From Sphingomonadales bacterium (GTDB taxonomy: Bacteria > Pseudomonadota > Alphaproteobacteria > Sphingomonadales > Sphingomonadaceae): a stretch of 37,833 nucleotides of DNA. Of the stretch, positions 25,968-34,190 are shown in pieces. The stretch's first letter is position 1. Every line of letters starts with the position of its first letter. Made by a program: the position numbers and the translations under genes. The DNA lies in the NCBI GenBank assembly GCA_038326915.1, contig JBBQKM010000001.1:1-37833 (forward strand), in the 5' to 3' direction. Under the pieces are notes generated by a model that was not told the origin of the DNA, did not search any database, and saw nothing but the letters and a program-made list of their open reading frames with translations.

Positions 25968-26450
25968 ATGCGCCTCGCCATCCTTGCGGCCCTCACCATC
26001 GCCACCGCGCTGCCGGCCGCCCCGGCCCTTGCCCACAACGACCGCCACGGCAAGCACGACAAGCGCGGCAACGGCCACGACAAGGGCCGCCACGATGACA
26101 ACCGCGGCGGCAACAAGCACAATCGCCAGCAGGATTATCGCAACTACGACTATAATCGCCCCGATCCGCGCTATGGCAGCTATCAGGCCAACCGCTATTA
26201 TGTCGACAACAGCCGCTACCAGTCGCGCCGGCTCGGCCCCAACGACCGCGTCTATCGCGGCCAGGACAATCGCTATTACTGCCGCCGCAGCGACGGCACC
26301 ACCGGGCTGATCATCGGCGGCCTTGGCGGCGGCGTGCTCGGCAACCTGATCGCCCCCAACGGGTCGAAGACATTGGGGGCGCTGCTGGGTGGCGGGCTGG
26401 GCGCCGTTATCGGCAGTTCGATCGATCGCAACAACGTCACCTGCCGATAA
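25968..26450 (+). CDS. Glycine zipper 2TM domain-containing secreted/outer-membrane protein
   Basis: Signal peptide, His/Arg/Tyr-rich low-complexity region, YYCRRSDGTTGLIIGGLGGGVLGNLI...GALLGGGLGAVIG...CR; AAGGA SD. Confidence 0.88.
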   Translation: MRLAILAALTIATALPAAPALAHNDRHGKHDKRGNGHDKGRHDDNRGGNKHNRQQDYRNYDYNRPDPRYGSYQANRYYVDNSRYQSRRLGPNDRVYRGQDNRYYCRRSDGTTGLIIGGLGGGVLGNLIAPNGSKTLGALLGGGLGAVIGSSIDRNNVTCR

Positions 26451-26491
26451 GCGCGGGTTTCGGCGCGCCGGCCGGCGGTCCACGATGCGAC

Positions 26492-27571
26492 ATGGACCTG
26501 CCCATCCGGCGCGCCGACCAGATTGATGCCGACTGGCTGACCGCGGCGTTGCGGGCATCGGGGGCGCTGCCGGTCGGCCGCGTCACCGACATCGCCATCG
26601 CGCCGGTCGGCAACGGGCTGGTGGCCGACAGTTTCCGCTTCCGGCTCGGCTACGATGGCGCCACCCCCGACGCCCCCGCCAGTGTCGTCGGCAAATTCCC
26701 GTCGCATGACCCGGTCAGCCGCAAATCCGGCAGCGACCATCTGCTGTATCTGCGCGAAGTGTCCTTTTACCGCGAACTGGCGCCGACGGTCGCGATCCAC
26801 ACCCCCGCGGCCCATGCCGCGATCATCGACCCTGCGACCGACGATTTCGTGCTGATCCTCGCCGATCTCGCCCCGGCGCGGCAGGGCGACCAGCTCGCCG
26901 GTTGTTCGCTGCTCGATGCCCAGACCGCGCTCGCCGAAGCGGCGGCGCTGCACGCCCCGCGCTGGGGCGACCCGGTGCTGCCGACGATCGACTGGCTGGC
27001 CGTGCGGCCGGCCGCGCTGGGCGCCATGGTCGATACGATGCTGCCGGCGATCATCGCGCTGTTTCGGGAGCGTTTTGCCGGCATGCTGGCCCCCGAACAC
27101 CTGGCGATGGTCGACCAGCTGCCCGCTGCCATCGCAGCAATGCGCGGCAATGTCGACGCGCCGATCACCGTCCAGCACGCCGATTTCCGGCTCGACAACA
27201 TGATGTTCGATGTCGGCGGCGGCGCCCGGCCGATGGCGACGCTCGACTGGCAGACGGTCACCGCCGGGCCGGGCCTGACCGACGTCGCCTATTTCCTGTC
27301 TGCCGGCATATCGCCCGCCGAACGCCGCGCCCATGAAACCGAACTTGTCCGCTTCTACCACGCCGAACTTCTGCGCCGTGGCATCCGCGGCTATGGCTGG
27401 GACGAATGCTGGCGCGACTACCGGCGCTTCATGCTGCACGGCATATTGATGGGCGTGTTCTCGGCACTGTCGGTCGAACGCACCCCGCGTGCCGACGCGC
27501 TGTTCCTCAAAATGACCGAAGGCGCCTGCGAACAGGCCGCCGACCACGCCAGCTTTGCCTATTGGCTTTAG
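26492..27571 (+). CDS. APH/choline kinase-like phosphotransferase (ecdysteroid kinase-like)
   Basis: VVGKF, REVSFY, LAEAAALHA, HADFRLDNMMF (Brenner-like), LDWQT, DVAYF. Confidence 0.88.
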   Translation: MDLPIRRADQIDADWLTAALRASGALPVGRVTDIAIAPVGNGLVADSFRFRLGYDGATPDAPASVVGKFPSHDPVSRKSGSDHLLYLREVSFYRELAPTVAIHTPAAHAAIIDPATDDFVLILADLAPARQGDQLAGCSLLDAQTALAEAAALHAPRWGDPVLPTIDWLAVRPAALGAMVDTMLPAIIALFRERFAGMLAPEHLAMVDQLPAAIAAMRGNVDAPITVQHADFRLDNMMFDVGGGARPMATLDWQTVTAGPGLTDVAYFLSAGISPAERRAHETELVRFYHAELLRRGIRGYGWDECWRDYRRFMLHGILMGVFSALSVERTPRADALFLKMTEGACEQAADHASFAYWL

Positions 27572-28692
27572 CGGGCGCCGTCGAGGAACGAGGTGAAACC
27601 GGCCGGCGCATAGGGCCCGAACACCACCTGTTCGAGCACGCCGACACCGGTTCGCGTGCCGTCGGTCGCCCGCACCACCTGCTGGACATGGAGATTTTCG
27701 GGCGCCAGCGGGTCGAGCTGGCGCGGATCGAAGCTTTCGCTGCCGATCGCCAGTTCCCCCTTCCACATGCCCTGGCCCCAGACGGGATGGCCATAGCCCA
27801 GCCCCTTCATCTGAAAGCACAGAATCGGATCGAGCGCGATGGTGCGGATACCGTCATCATGGTCAACAAGGTCGATCTCGGCGTGCGCCGCCAGCCGGGT
27901 GCCGGGGACATAGGTGACCCGGTGGCGCGCCGTCGCCATGCGGTGGTCACGGCCATCCTCGGTACCGGGGATGTCACCTGCTGCCGGATACAGCGGCGCG
28001 ACAATGCCTTCGCGCACCAGCGCCTCGCCGCGCGGCCCGTCGAAAAAGATGGCATGGGTGATGTGATCGTCCCAGACCAGCGGCGCCCACAGGAACATGA
28101 TGCCGCCGGGCATGGCCGGCGCGCCGCCGGTTTCGGGCTCGCCCACACGGCGCACGCCCCACGAGCGATCCTTGGTGCCGCGGCAGACGGTGTCGTCGAC
28201 GCTGAATTCGCCATCCGGCGTGCGGATCGTGCCGCTCCAGCGCCCGAACTGGTCAAAACGGGTGGCATCCATGATGCGGCGGCCGCCCTGCCACAGCGTC
28301 TGCCGCGCCTCCTCGATGGCGGCAGTGCGCGCCGAGAAGGTCAGGTCGCAGGCGATGCCGGTTTCGTTGTCATCGAGGATGACGCGGGTGCGGCGCATCG
28401 GCTCGATGACTTCGATGCGGAACGGCCCGACGGCCATTTCGGTGCGCTCCACCGGCGCGCGGCGCGAGCCATAAAAGCAATGCTGGCGTTCGCCCGGCCG
28501 CACCGTGCTGAAGGCGCAATCGAGGATGCCGCGGTGCGGATAGACCGCCATGCCGATCCCGAAATAATAGCTGCCATCGGGCGCATAACCATTGAACCAG
28601 GTGCGATCATACGCATTGCGATCGCTGGTCGCGAGCACCGCCAGCGGTTCCGGCGTCTGATGGACGGGATAGTCGTCGAGCCGGTTGAGCAT
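27568..28692 (-). CDS. Conserved hypothetical beta-rich protein (tocopherol cyclase/AttH-like superfamily suspected)
   Basis: ATG 28692 with GAGGA SD; MLNRLDDYPVHQTPEP...YDRTWFNG...RFDQFGRWSG...KDRSWGVR...GVGVLEQ. Confidence 0.78.
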   Translation of the reverse strand: MLNRLDDYPVHQTPEPLAVLATSDRNAYDRTWFNGYAPDGSYYFGIGMAVYPHRGILDCAFSTVRPGERQHCFYGSRRAPVERTEMAVGPFRIEVIEPMRRTRVILDDNETGIACDLTFSARTAAIEEARQTLWQGGRRIMDATRFDQFGRWSGTIRTPDGEFSVDDTVCRGTKDRSWGVRRVGEPETGGAPAMPGGIMFLWAPLVWDDHITHAIFFDGPRGEALVREGIVAPLYPAAGDIPGTEDGRDHRMATARHRVTYVPGTRLAAHAEIDLVDHDDGIRTIALDPILCFQMKGLGYGHPVWGQGMWKGELAIGSESFDPRQLDPLAPENLHVQQVVRATDGTRTGVGVLEQVVFGPYAPAGFTSFLDGAR

Positions 28693-28765
28693 GGTGGGTC
28701 CTCGCGGTTTCGACGCTTCTACCATGCCGCCGGGGGTGGACGCCCTAGCCGGATGGACAGCCCTA

Positions 28766-28904
28766 ACCCCTCTCCCGCAAGCGAGAGAGGCGAGACGCGC
28801 GCCAGCGCGCCGGATGAGGGTGTATCCGGGCATCGACACAGAAGGACACCCTCACCCGCTCGCCGAAGCCGGCGAGTCGCCTCTCCCGCAAGCGAAAGAG
28901 GGGT
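28766..28904. repeat. Alphaproteobacterial intergenic palindromic repeat (RIME/CIR-like)
   Basis: Two CCTCTCCCGCAAGCGA units (28769-28784, 28880-28895), terminal ACCCCTCT/AGAGGGGT inverted ends, inner TGAGGGTGT/ACACCCTCA stem. Confidence 0.82.
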
Positions 28905-29900
28905 CTATAGGCTCAGCACGATCTTCCCGACATGCGTTCCTGCCTCCATGCGGCGATGCGCGTCCGCGGCGTCGGCCAGCGGGAACACCATGTCGGTCAC
29001 CGGCGCCAGCCGCCCGGATTCGAATTCCGGCCAGATCACCCCTTCCAGCGTTTCGGCGATCGCCGCCTTGAACGCGATGGGCCGCGGCCGCAGCATCGAT
29101 CCGGTAAGGGTCAGCCGCTTGCGCATGACGGCGACGAGATCGAGATCTGCCCTCGGCCCGCGCTGGAAGGCAATCGAGACATGGCGGCCATCATCGCCAA
29201 GGCACTGGATATTGCGCGGCACATAATCGCCGCCGACCATGTCGAGCACCAGGTCGACGCCCTTGCCTTCGGTGATCCGCGCCACCTCGGCGACGAAATC
29301 TTGGCGCTTGTAGTCGATGGTGTGCGCCGCCCCCAGCGCCAGCGCCGCGGTGCATTTGTCGGCGCTGCCCGCGGTCACGATGACCTGCAGCCCCAGCGCC
29401 CGGCCAAGCTGGATCGCCGTCACGCCGATGCCGCTGGTGCCGCCATGGACAAGCATCGTCTCGCCGGGCCGGGCATGGCCGCGATCCATCACGTTCGACC
29501 AGACGGTGAACCAGGTTTCGGGCAAGCCGGCGGCGTCCAGCATCGCCATCCCCGCCGGCACCGGCAGGCACTGCGCGGCCGGCGCCGTGCAATATTCGGC
29601 ATAGCCGCCGCCGGCGACCAGCGCACAGACCGCGTCGCCGATGCGCCAGCGCTCGACACCCGCGCCGACCGCCACGACGGTGCCGGCGATCTCCAGCCCC
29701 GGAATCGTCGGCGCGCCGGGCGGCATCGGATACAGCCCAAGGCGCTGCAGCACATCGGGGCGATTGACCCCGGCAGCGGCAACCTTGACGAGCACCTCCC
29801 CCGGGCCCGCGTGCGGCACCGGGCGCGTCACCGGCTGCAGAACTTCGGGGCCGCCGGCGGCGGCCGGATCGATGGCGGTCATCGTGTCGGGAATGATCAT
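28905..29900 (-). CDS. NAD(P)H-quinone oxidoreductase, PIG3 family (MDR)
   Basis: AAGVNRPD.LQR.G.YP.PPGA..IPGLE, GGGYAEY, LPETWFTVW, HGGTSGIG, HVGKIVL. Confidence 0.93.
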   Translation of the reverse strand: MIIPDTMTAIDPAAAGGPEVLQPVTRPVPHAGPGEVLVKVAAAGVNRPDVLQRLGLYPMPPGAPTIPGLEIAGTVVAVGAGVERWRIGDAVCALVAGGGYAEYCTAPAAQCLPVPAGMAMLDAAGLPETWFTVWSNVMDRGHARPGETMLVHGGTSGIGVTAIQLGRALGLQVIVTAGSADKCTAALALGAAHTIDYKRQDFVAEVARITEGKGVDLVLDMVGGDYVPRNIQCLGDDGRHVSIAFQRGPRADLDLVAVMRKRLTLTGSMLRPRPIAFKAAIAETLEGVIWPEFESGRLAPVTDMVFPLADAADAHRRMEAGTHVGKIVLSL

Positions 29901-30082
29901 CGGCAGACTCTGCCACGCTGCGCCACCGGGTCAATGGCCAAGGCTGGCCGGGGTCGCGCTCTTTTCCAGCGGCGACCGACCATGCGCACCTGCCAATCGC
30001 CAGCTACTCCAAAAGGGGTAGCCTTTGTTAAGCAACCATAGTAATTGCGGCCGCGTAACGGGGTAAACAGGGGAAATTGTTG

Positions 30083-30700
30083 ATGATCACGTCAATTCGC
30101 GCCGCGGGCGCCACTTTGGTCCTGATGGGCATGGTTGCGGCCGTGCCGGCGGCGGCTGTCACCATCGATTTTTCGGCACAGGCTGCCGGCACCATCGTCA
30201 GCACCCAGTTCGCCGGGCTGACCTTCTCGCTGTCCGGCGGCCCTTCGACGGCGCCCGCGCCGATCATCGGCTATGGCTTTTTCGATACCGCGCTGTCGCT
30301 CAACAATTCGGGCGTTTTCGGCTTGAGCACCGATGGCTATCCCACCGGCAGCCTGCTGACGGTCGATTTCGCCGCGCCGACCAGCGGGATCTCGTTCACG
30401 TTCAACAACTATGGCACCGGCAACGGCTCGTCGGCGTCCTTCTATGACGCCGGCAATGTGCTGCTCGGCACCCTGGCGATCGACGTTTCCAATGGCCTGA
30501 CCCCGTACAGCTTTGGCGGCACGGGTGTCAGCCGGGTGGTGTTCGACAACGCCACCGGTGGCGGCGGTAGCTGGATCTTCGGTGTCGGCCAGCTGACGTA
30601 CGGTGCCGTCCCCGAGACGGCGAGCTGGGCGATGCTGATCGCCGGTTTCGGCCTTGTCGGCGCCGCGGCCCGCCGCCGCCGCGTCACGGTTGCTGCCTGA
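30083..30700 (+). CDS. PEPxxWA-CTERM sorting domain surface protein (paralog 2)
   Basis: Signal peptide; C-terminal VPETASWAMLIAGFGLVGAAARRRR; AGGGGA SD. Confidence 0.92.
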   Translation: MITSIRAAGATLVLMGMVAAVPAAAVTIDFSAQAAGTIVSTQFAGLTFSLSGGPSTAPAPIIGYGFFDTALSLNNSGVFGLSTDGYPTGSLLTVDFAAPTSGISFTFNNYGTGNGSSASFYDAGNVLLGTLAIDVSNGLTPYSFGGTGVSRVVFDNATGGGGSWIFGVGQLTYGAVPETASWAMLIAGFGLVGAAARRRRVTVAA

Positions 30701-30730
30701 CGCGCCGAACCGGCGAACCTTTGATTGACA

Positions 30731-30759
30731 GCGGCCGGTCCCGGCATGGGGCCGGCCGC
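30731..30759 (+). terminator. Hairpin after PEP-CTERM gene 2 (probable terminator)
   Basis: GCGGCCGGTCCC-GGCAT-GGGGCCGGCCGC followed by AATCATTT. Confidence 0.5.
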
Positions 30760-30827
30760 AATCATTTGGCGCAACTGGCGTCGTCATCACGCTTGACGCC
30801 CGGCGCCCTGCAAATCACCCTGTCACC

Positions 30828-31025
30828 ATGTTCGACGAAGCCGATCCGCCCCGCCGCCGCACCGACGCGCTGGCGGAGCTTGCCCGCGAAGACCTCGACA
30901 AGCTGTCGGTCGCCGATCTTGATGACCGTATCGCCGTCTTGAAAGCCGAACTCGCGCGCACCGAGACAAAACGCGGCGCGGCCGCCGCCTTCAAATCGGC
31001 CGCAGACGCCCTATTCAAGAAATAG
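30828..31025 (+). CDS. DUF1192 domain-containing protein
   Basis: EDLDKLSVADLDDRIAVLKAELAR...KSAADALFK. Confidence 0.88.
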   Translation: MFDEADPPRRRTDALAELAREDLDKLSVADLDDRIAVLKAELARTETKRGAAAAFKSAADALFKK

Positions 31026-31056
31026 CCGCCCGATCCCGGGCGCCCGGAGTATCGCC

Positions 31057-31743
31057 ATGACCAAGACCGCCATCATCATCGGCGCCTCGCGCGGCCTCGG
31101 CCTCGGGCTGGCACAGGAATTGGCTGGCCGCGGTTGGCAGGTCGTCGCCACGGCGCGCGGCGCGGCGCCGGCGCTGGCGGCTGCCGCCGCAGCCTCGGCC
31201 GGCAAGATCACCATCCAGACTGTCGACATCGACCACCAGGACAGCGTCGCCGCGCTCGACACCGCGCTCGGCGATACGAAATTCGACCTCGTCTTTGTCA
31301 ACGCCGGCGCCTATGGCCCGCGCCATGGCTCGACCGACCTTGTCACGCCCGACGAGATCGCCGGCCTGATGATCACCAATGCCATCGCGCCGATCCGCGT
31401 CGCGCGCACGCTGCTGCCGCGTGTCGCCGATGGCGGCACCATCGCGCTGATGACGTCGATCCTCGGCTCGGTGGCGCTCAACACCCACGGCACGATGGAC
31501 CTGTATCGGGCATCCAAGGCGTCGCTCAACACCATCAGCCGCAGTTTCTGGGCCAATGACGTCAAGGACCGCGACCTGACCCTGCTCAACCTCCACCCCG
31601 GCTGGGTGAAGACCGACATGGGCGGTGACGGCGCCGATATCGACGTGGCGACAAGCGTCGCCGGGCTGGCCAGCGTTGTCGAGACAGCGCACGGCAAGGC
31701 GCATCGCTATCTCGATTACACCGGCAAGGAATTGCCCTGGTAG
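31057..31743 (+). CDS. Short-chain dehydrogenase/reductase (CsgA/C-factor-like)
   Basis: IIGASRGLG, NAG, YRASKASLN, LHPGWVKTDMGG, YLDYTG.ELPW. Confidence 0.92.
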   Translation: MTKTAIIIGASRGLGLGLAQELAGRGWQVVATARGAAPALAAAAAASAGKITIQTVDIDHQDSVAALDTALGDTKFDLVFVNAGAYGPRHGSTDLVTPDEIAGLMITNAIAPIRVARTLLPRVADGGTIALMTSILGSVALNTHGTMDLYRASKASLNTISRSFWANDVKDRDLTLLNLHPGWVKTDMGGDGADIDVATSVAGLASVVETAHGKAHRYLDYTGKELPW

Positions 31744-31767
31744 GCGGAAGTGCGAGGTTGAATGCGG

Positions 31768-31783
31768 TTGACGTTCGCGTAAA
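31768..31783. promoter_or_regulatory. LiuR-like operator palindrome upstream of the acyl-CoA dehydrogenase pair
   Basis: TTGACGTTCGCGTAAA resembles the LiuR consensus TTTACGTwwACGTAAA. Confidence 0.5.
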
Positions 31784-31814
31784 GTAATCCTCAACGACAT
31801 TGGGGAGTGTGCGC

Positions 31815-32912
31815 GTGAACTTCGATTTTTCCGACGATGCCAAGGCGCTGGGCGAACAGGCGCGCAAACTGTTCGCCGACAAGGCCGGCACCACCGCGGC
31901 ACGCGCCGCGATGGCCAAGGACGCCACCGATTTCGACGCGGCGCTGTGGGCCGAAATCGCCGGGCTCGGCTGGACCGCGGCGCGCGTTCCCGAAGCGCAT
32001 GGCGGGCTTGGCCTGTCAGCCGAGGAAACCTGCCAGCTTGCCGAAGCCGCCGGCGCCCATCTCGCCGTCGTGCCGCTGGTCAGCGTGCTGCTCGCCACCG
32101 AGGCGCTGATCCTGGCCGGCAGCGAAGCCCAGCAGGCAAAATGGCTGCCGGGCATCGCCGATGGCAGCATCATCGCCGTTGTCGCCACCAACGAACCCGG
32201 CGCGGTCAACCCGGTGGCGCTGTCGGTGAAGGCCGCCGACGGCAAGCTCCACGGCGTCAAGTCGCCGGTCGCCGACCTGCCCGGCGCGCATCTCGCCATC
32301 GTCGCCGCGGCCGGCGCCGACGGGCCGTCGCTGTGGCTGGTCGATCTCAAGGACGCCCGGGTGGAGGCGGTCGAAACGCTCGATCTCGTCCGCCGCCACG
32401 GCAAGCTGACGCTGAACGGCGTCGCCGCCGAACCGCTCGGCGATGGCGCGGCCTATCAGGCGTGGCTCGATCGCGCTGCGGTCATCCTCGCCTATGAAGC
32501 CATCGGCACCGCATCCTCGGCGATGACCATGACGGTCGAATATGCCAAGACCCGCGTCGCTTTTGGCCAGACCATCGGCCGCTACCAGGGCGTCAAGCAC
32601 AAGTGCGCCGACATGTTCATCAAGATCGAACTGGCACGCGCCCATGCGCTACATGGCGTCGCCATGATCGGATCGGACGGCGGCGAACTGCGCCAGGCGG
32701 CGGCAGCGGCGCGTGTCGCCAGCCTCGATGCCGTCAGCTTCTGTGCCGAGGAAGCCGTGCAGCTGCATGGCGGCATCGGCTTTACCTGGGAAAGCGACTG
32801 CCAATTCTATTACCGCCGCGCCCGCGCGCTGGCGGCGACGATCGGCGCGCGCGGCTGGTGGGCCGACCGGCTGGTTCGCGCACTCGAACTGCGTAATCGC
32901 GCCGCAGCGTAA
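31815..32912 (+). CDS. Acyl-CoA dehydrogenase family protein (short, probably non-catalytic subunit)
   Basis: GTG with GGGAG SD; EYAKTRVAFGQTIGRYQGVKHKCADM, QLHGGIGFTWE; lacks the EP.AGSD and GGT.EI motifs. Confidence 0.9.
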   Translation: MNFDFSDDAKALGEQARKLFADKAGTTAARAAMAKDATDFDAALWAEIAGLGWTAARVPEAHGGLGLSAEETCQLAEAAGAHLAVVPLVSVLLATEALILAGSEAQQAKWLPGIADGSIIAVVATNEPGAVNPVALSVKAADGKLHGVKSPVADLPGAHLAIVAAAGADGPSLWLVDLKDARVEAVETLDLVRRHGKLTLNGVAAEPLGDGAAYQAWLDRAAVILAYEAIGTASSAMTMTVEYAKTRVAFGQTIGRYQGVKHKCADMFIKIELARAHALHGVAMIGSDGGELRQAAAAARVASLDAVSFCAEEAVQLHGGIGFTWESDCQFYYRRARALAATIGARGWWADRLVRALELRNRAAA

Positions 32913-32960
32913 GCTATCGCGTTTCGGAGCAAGCTCCGTCCAGCATCAAGGGGACCGCAC

Positions 32961-34187
32961 ATGGATTTCAACGATACCGCAGTCGAAGCCGCCTATCGCG
33001 AGCAGGTTCGTGGCTGGCTGGCCGACAACGCCGCCGAATATCGCGAGCCGCCCGCCACGCCGTGGAAGCTCGACGAGTTCATCCGGCGTTCCAAGGCCTG
33101 GCAAGCGAAAAAACATGCCGCCGGCTACACCGGCATCACCTGGCCCAAGGCGATGGGCGGCCAGGGCCTGACGCCGATGCATTCGATCATCTACGGCCAG
33201 GAAGAAGGCCGCTATCATGCGCCGTCGGGGCTGTATTCGATCGGCCTCGGCATGTGCATCCCGACGGTGTTCACCCATGGCAACTCCGAAGTCATCCAGC
33301 GCTATGTCCCCAAGGCGCTGCTGGGCGAGGAAGTCTGGTGCCAGCTGTTCTCCGAACCCGCCGCCGGGTCGGATCTTGCCGGCATCCGCACCAAGGCGGT
33401 CAAGGACGGTGATGACTGGATCATCGACGGACAAAAGGTGTGGACCAGCTTTGCCCATGCGTCGGATTTCGGCATCGTCGTCTGCCGCACCGACCCGAGC
33501 GTGCCCAAGCACAAGGGCCTGACGATGTTCATCGTCGACATGAAGGCGCCCGGCATGGAAGTGCGCGGCATCAAGCAAATGTCGGGCGGCAGCGATTTCA
33601 ACGAGGTCTTCTTCACCGGCGTCCGCGTCAAGGATACGCACCGGCTGGGCGCGGTCGGTGACGGCTGGAAGGTCGCGCTGACGACGCTGATGCACGAGCG
33701 TCTCGCCGTCGGCGGCAAGCCGCGCCATGCACCGGGCTATGAAACGCTGATGAAGCTGGCCCGCGGTGTCGAGGCGCCTGCCGGCGGCCCGGCGATCGAG
33801 GCCGGCGACGTGCGCCAGCGCATCGCGCAAAGCTATATCAACGACCAGGGCATCAAGCTGACCCAGATGCGGGCGCTGTCGGCGCTGTCCAAGGGCCAGA
33901 TCCCGGGGCCCGAGCAATCGATCGCCAAGGTCGTCGTCGCCAAGACGATGCAGGACATGGCGAGCTTTGCGCTCGATCTTGCCGGTGGAGACGGCTTTGT
34001 GTCGGGCGACGCCGCCGACCCGGAGATCGCCAAGCTGCAGGGTAGCTATCTCGGCGCAGCGGGCTTGCGCATCGCCGGCGGCACCGACGAGATCCTGCGC
34101 AACATCATCGCCGAACGCGTGCTCGGCCTGCCCGGCGACCTGCGGCCGGACAAGGACAAGCCGTTCAACGCCAGTGCCGCGGCCTGA
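32961..34187 (+). CDS. Acyl-CoA dehydrogenase family protein (catalytic subunit)
   Basis: WCQLFSEPAAGSDLA, GQKVWTS, FNEVFF, LMHER, IAGGTDEILRNIIAERVLGLP. Confidence 0.93.
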   Translation: MDFNDTAVEAAYREQVRGWLADNAAEYREPPATPWKLDEFIRRSKAWQAKKHAAGYTGITWPKAMGGQGLTPMHSIIYGQEEGRYHAPSGLYSIGLGMCIPTVFTHGNSEVIQRYVPKALLGEEVWCQLFSEPAAGSDLAGIRTKAVKDGDDWIIDGQKVWTSFAHASDFGIVVCRTDPSVPKHKGLTMFIVDMKAPGMEVRGIKQMSGGSDFNEVFFTGVRVKDTHRLGAVGDGWKVALTTLMHERLAVGGKPRHAPGYETLMKLARGVEAPAGGPAIEAGDVRQRIAQSYINDQGIKLTQMRALSALSKGQIPGPEQSIAKVVVAKTMQDMASFALDLAGGDGFVSGDAADPEIAKLQGSYLGAAGLRIAGGTDEILRNIIAERVLGLPGDLRPDKDKPFNASAAA

Positions 34188-34190
34188 ACC

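Noticed and set aside
30020-30060. CtrA box or sigma54 site upstream of PEP-CTERM gene 2
   Set aside because: A TTAAC half-site is present on the minus strand but spacing does not fit TTAA-N7-TTAA, and no TGGCAC-N5-TTGC match was seen.
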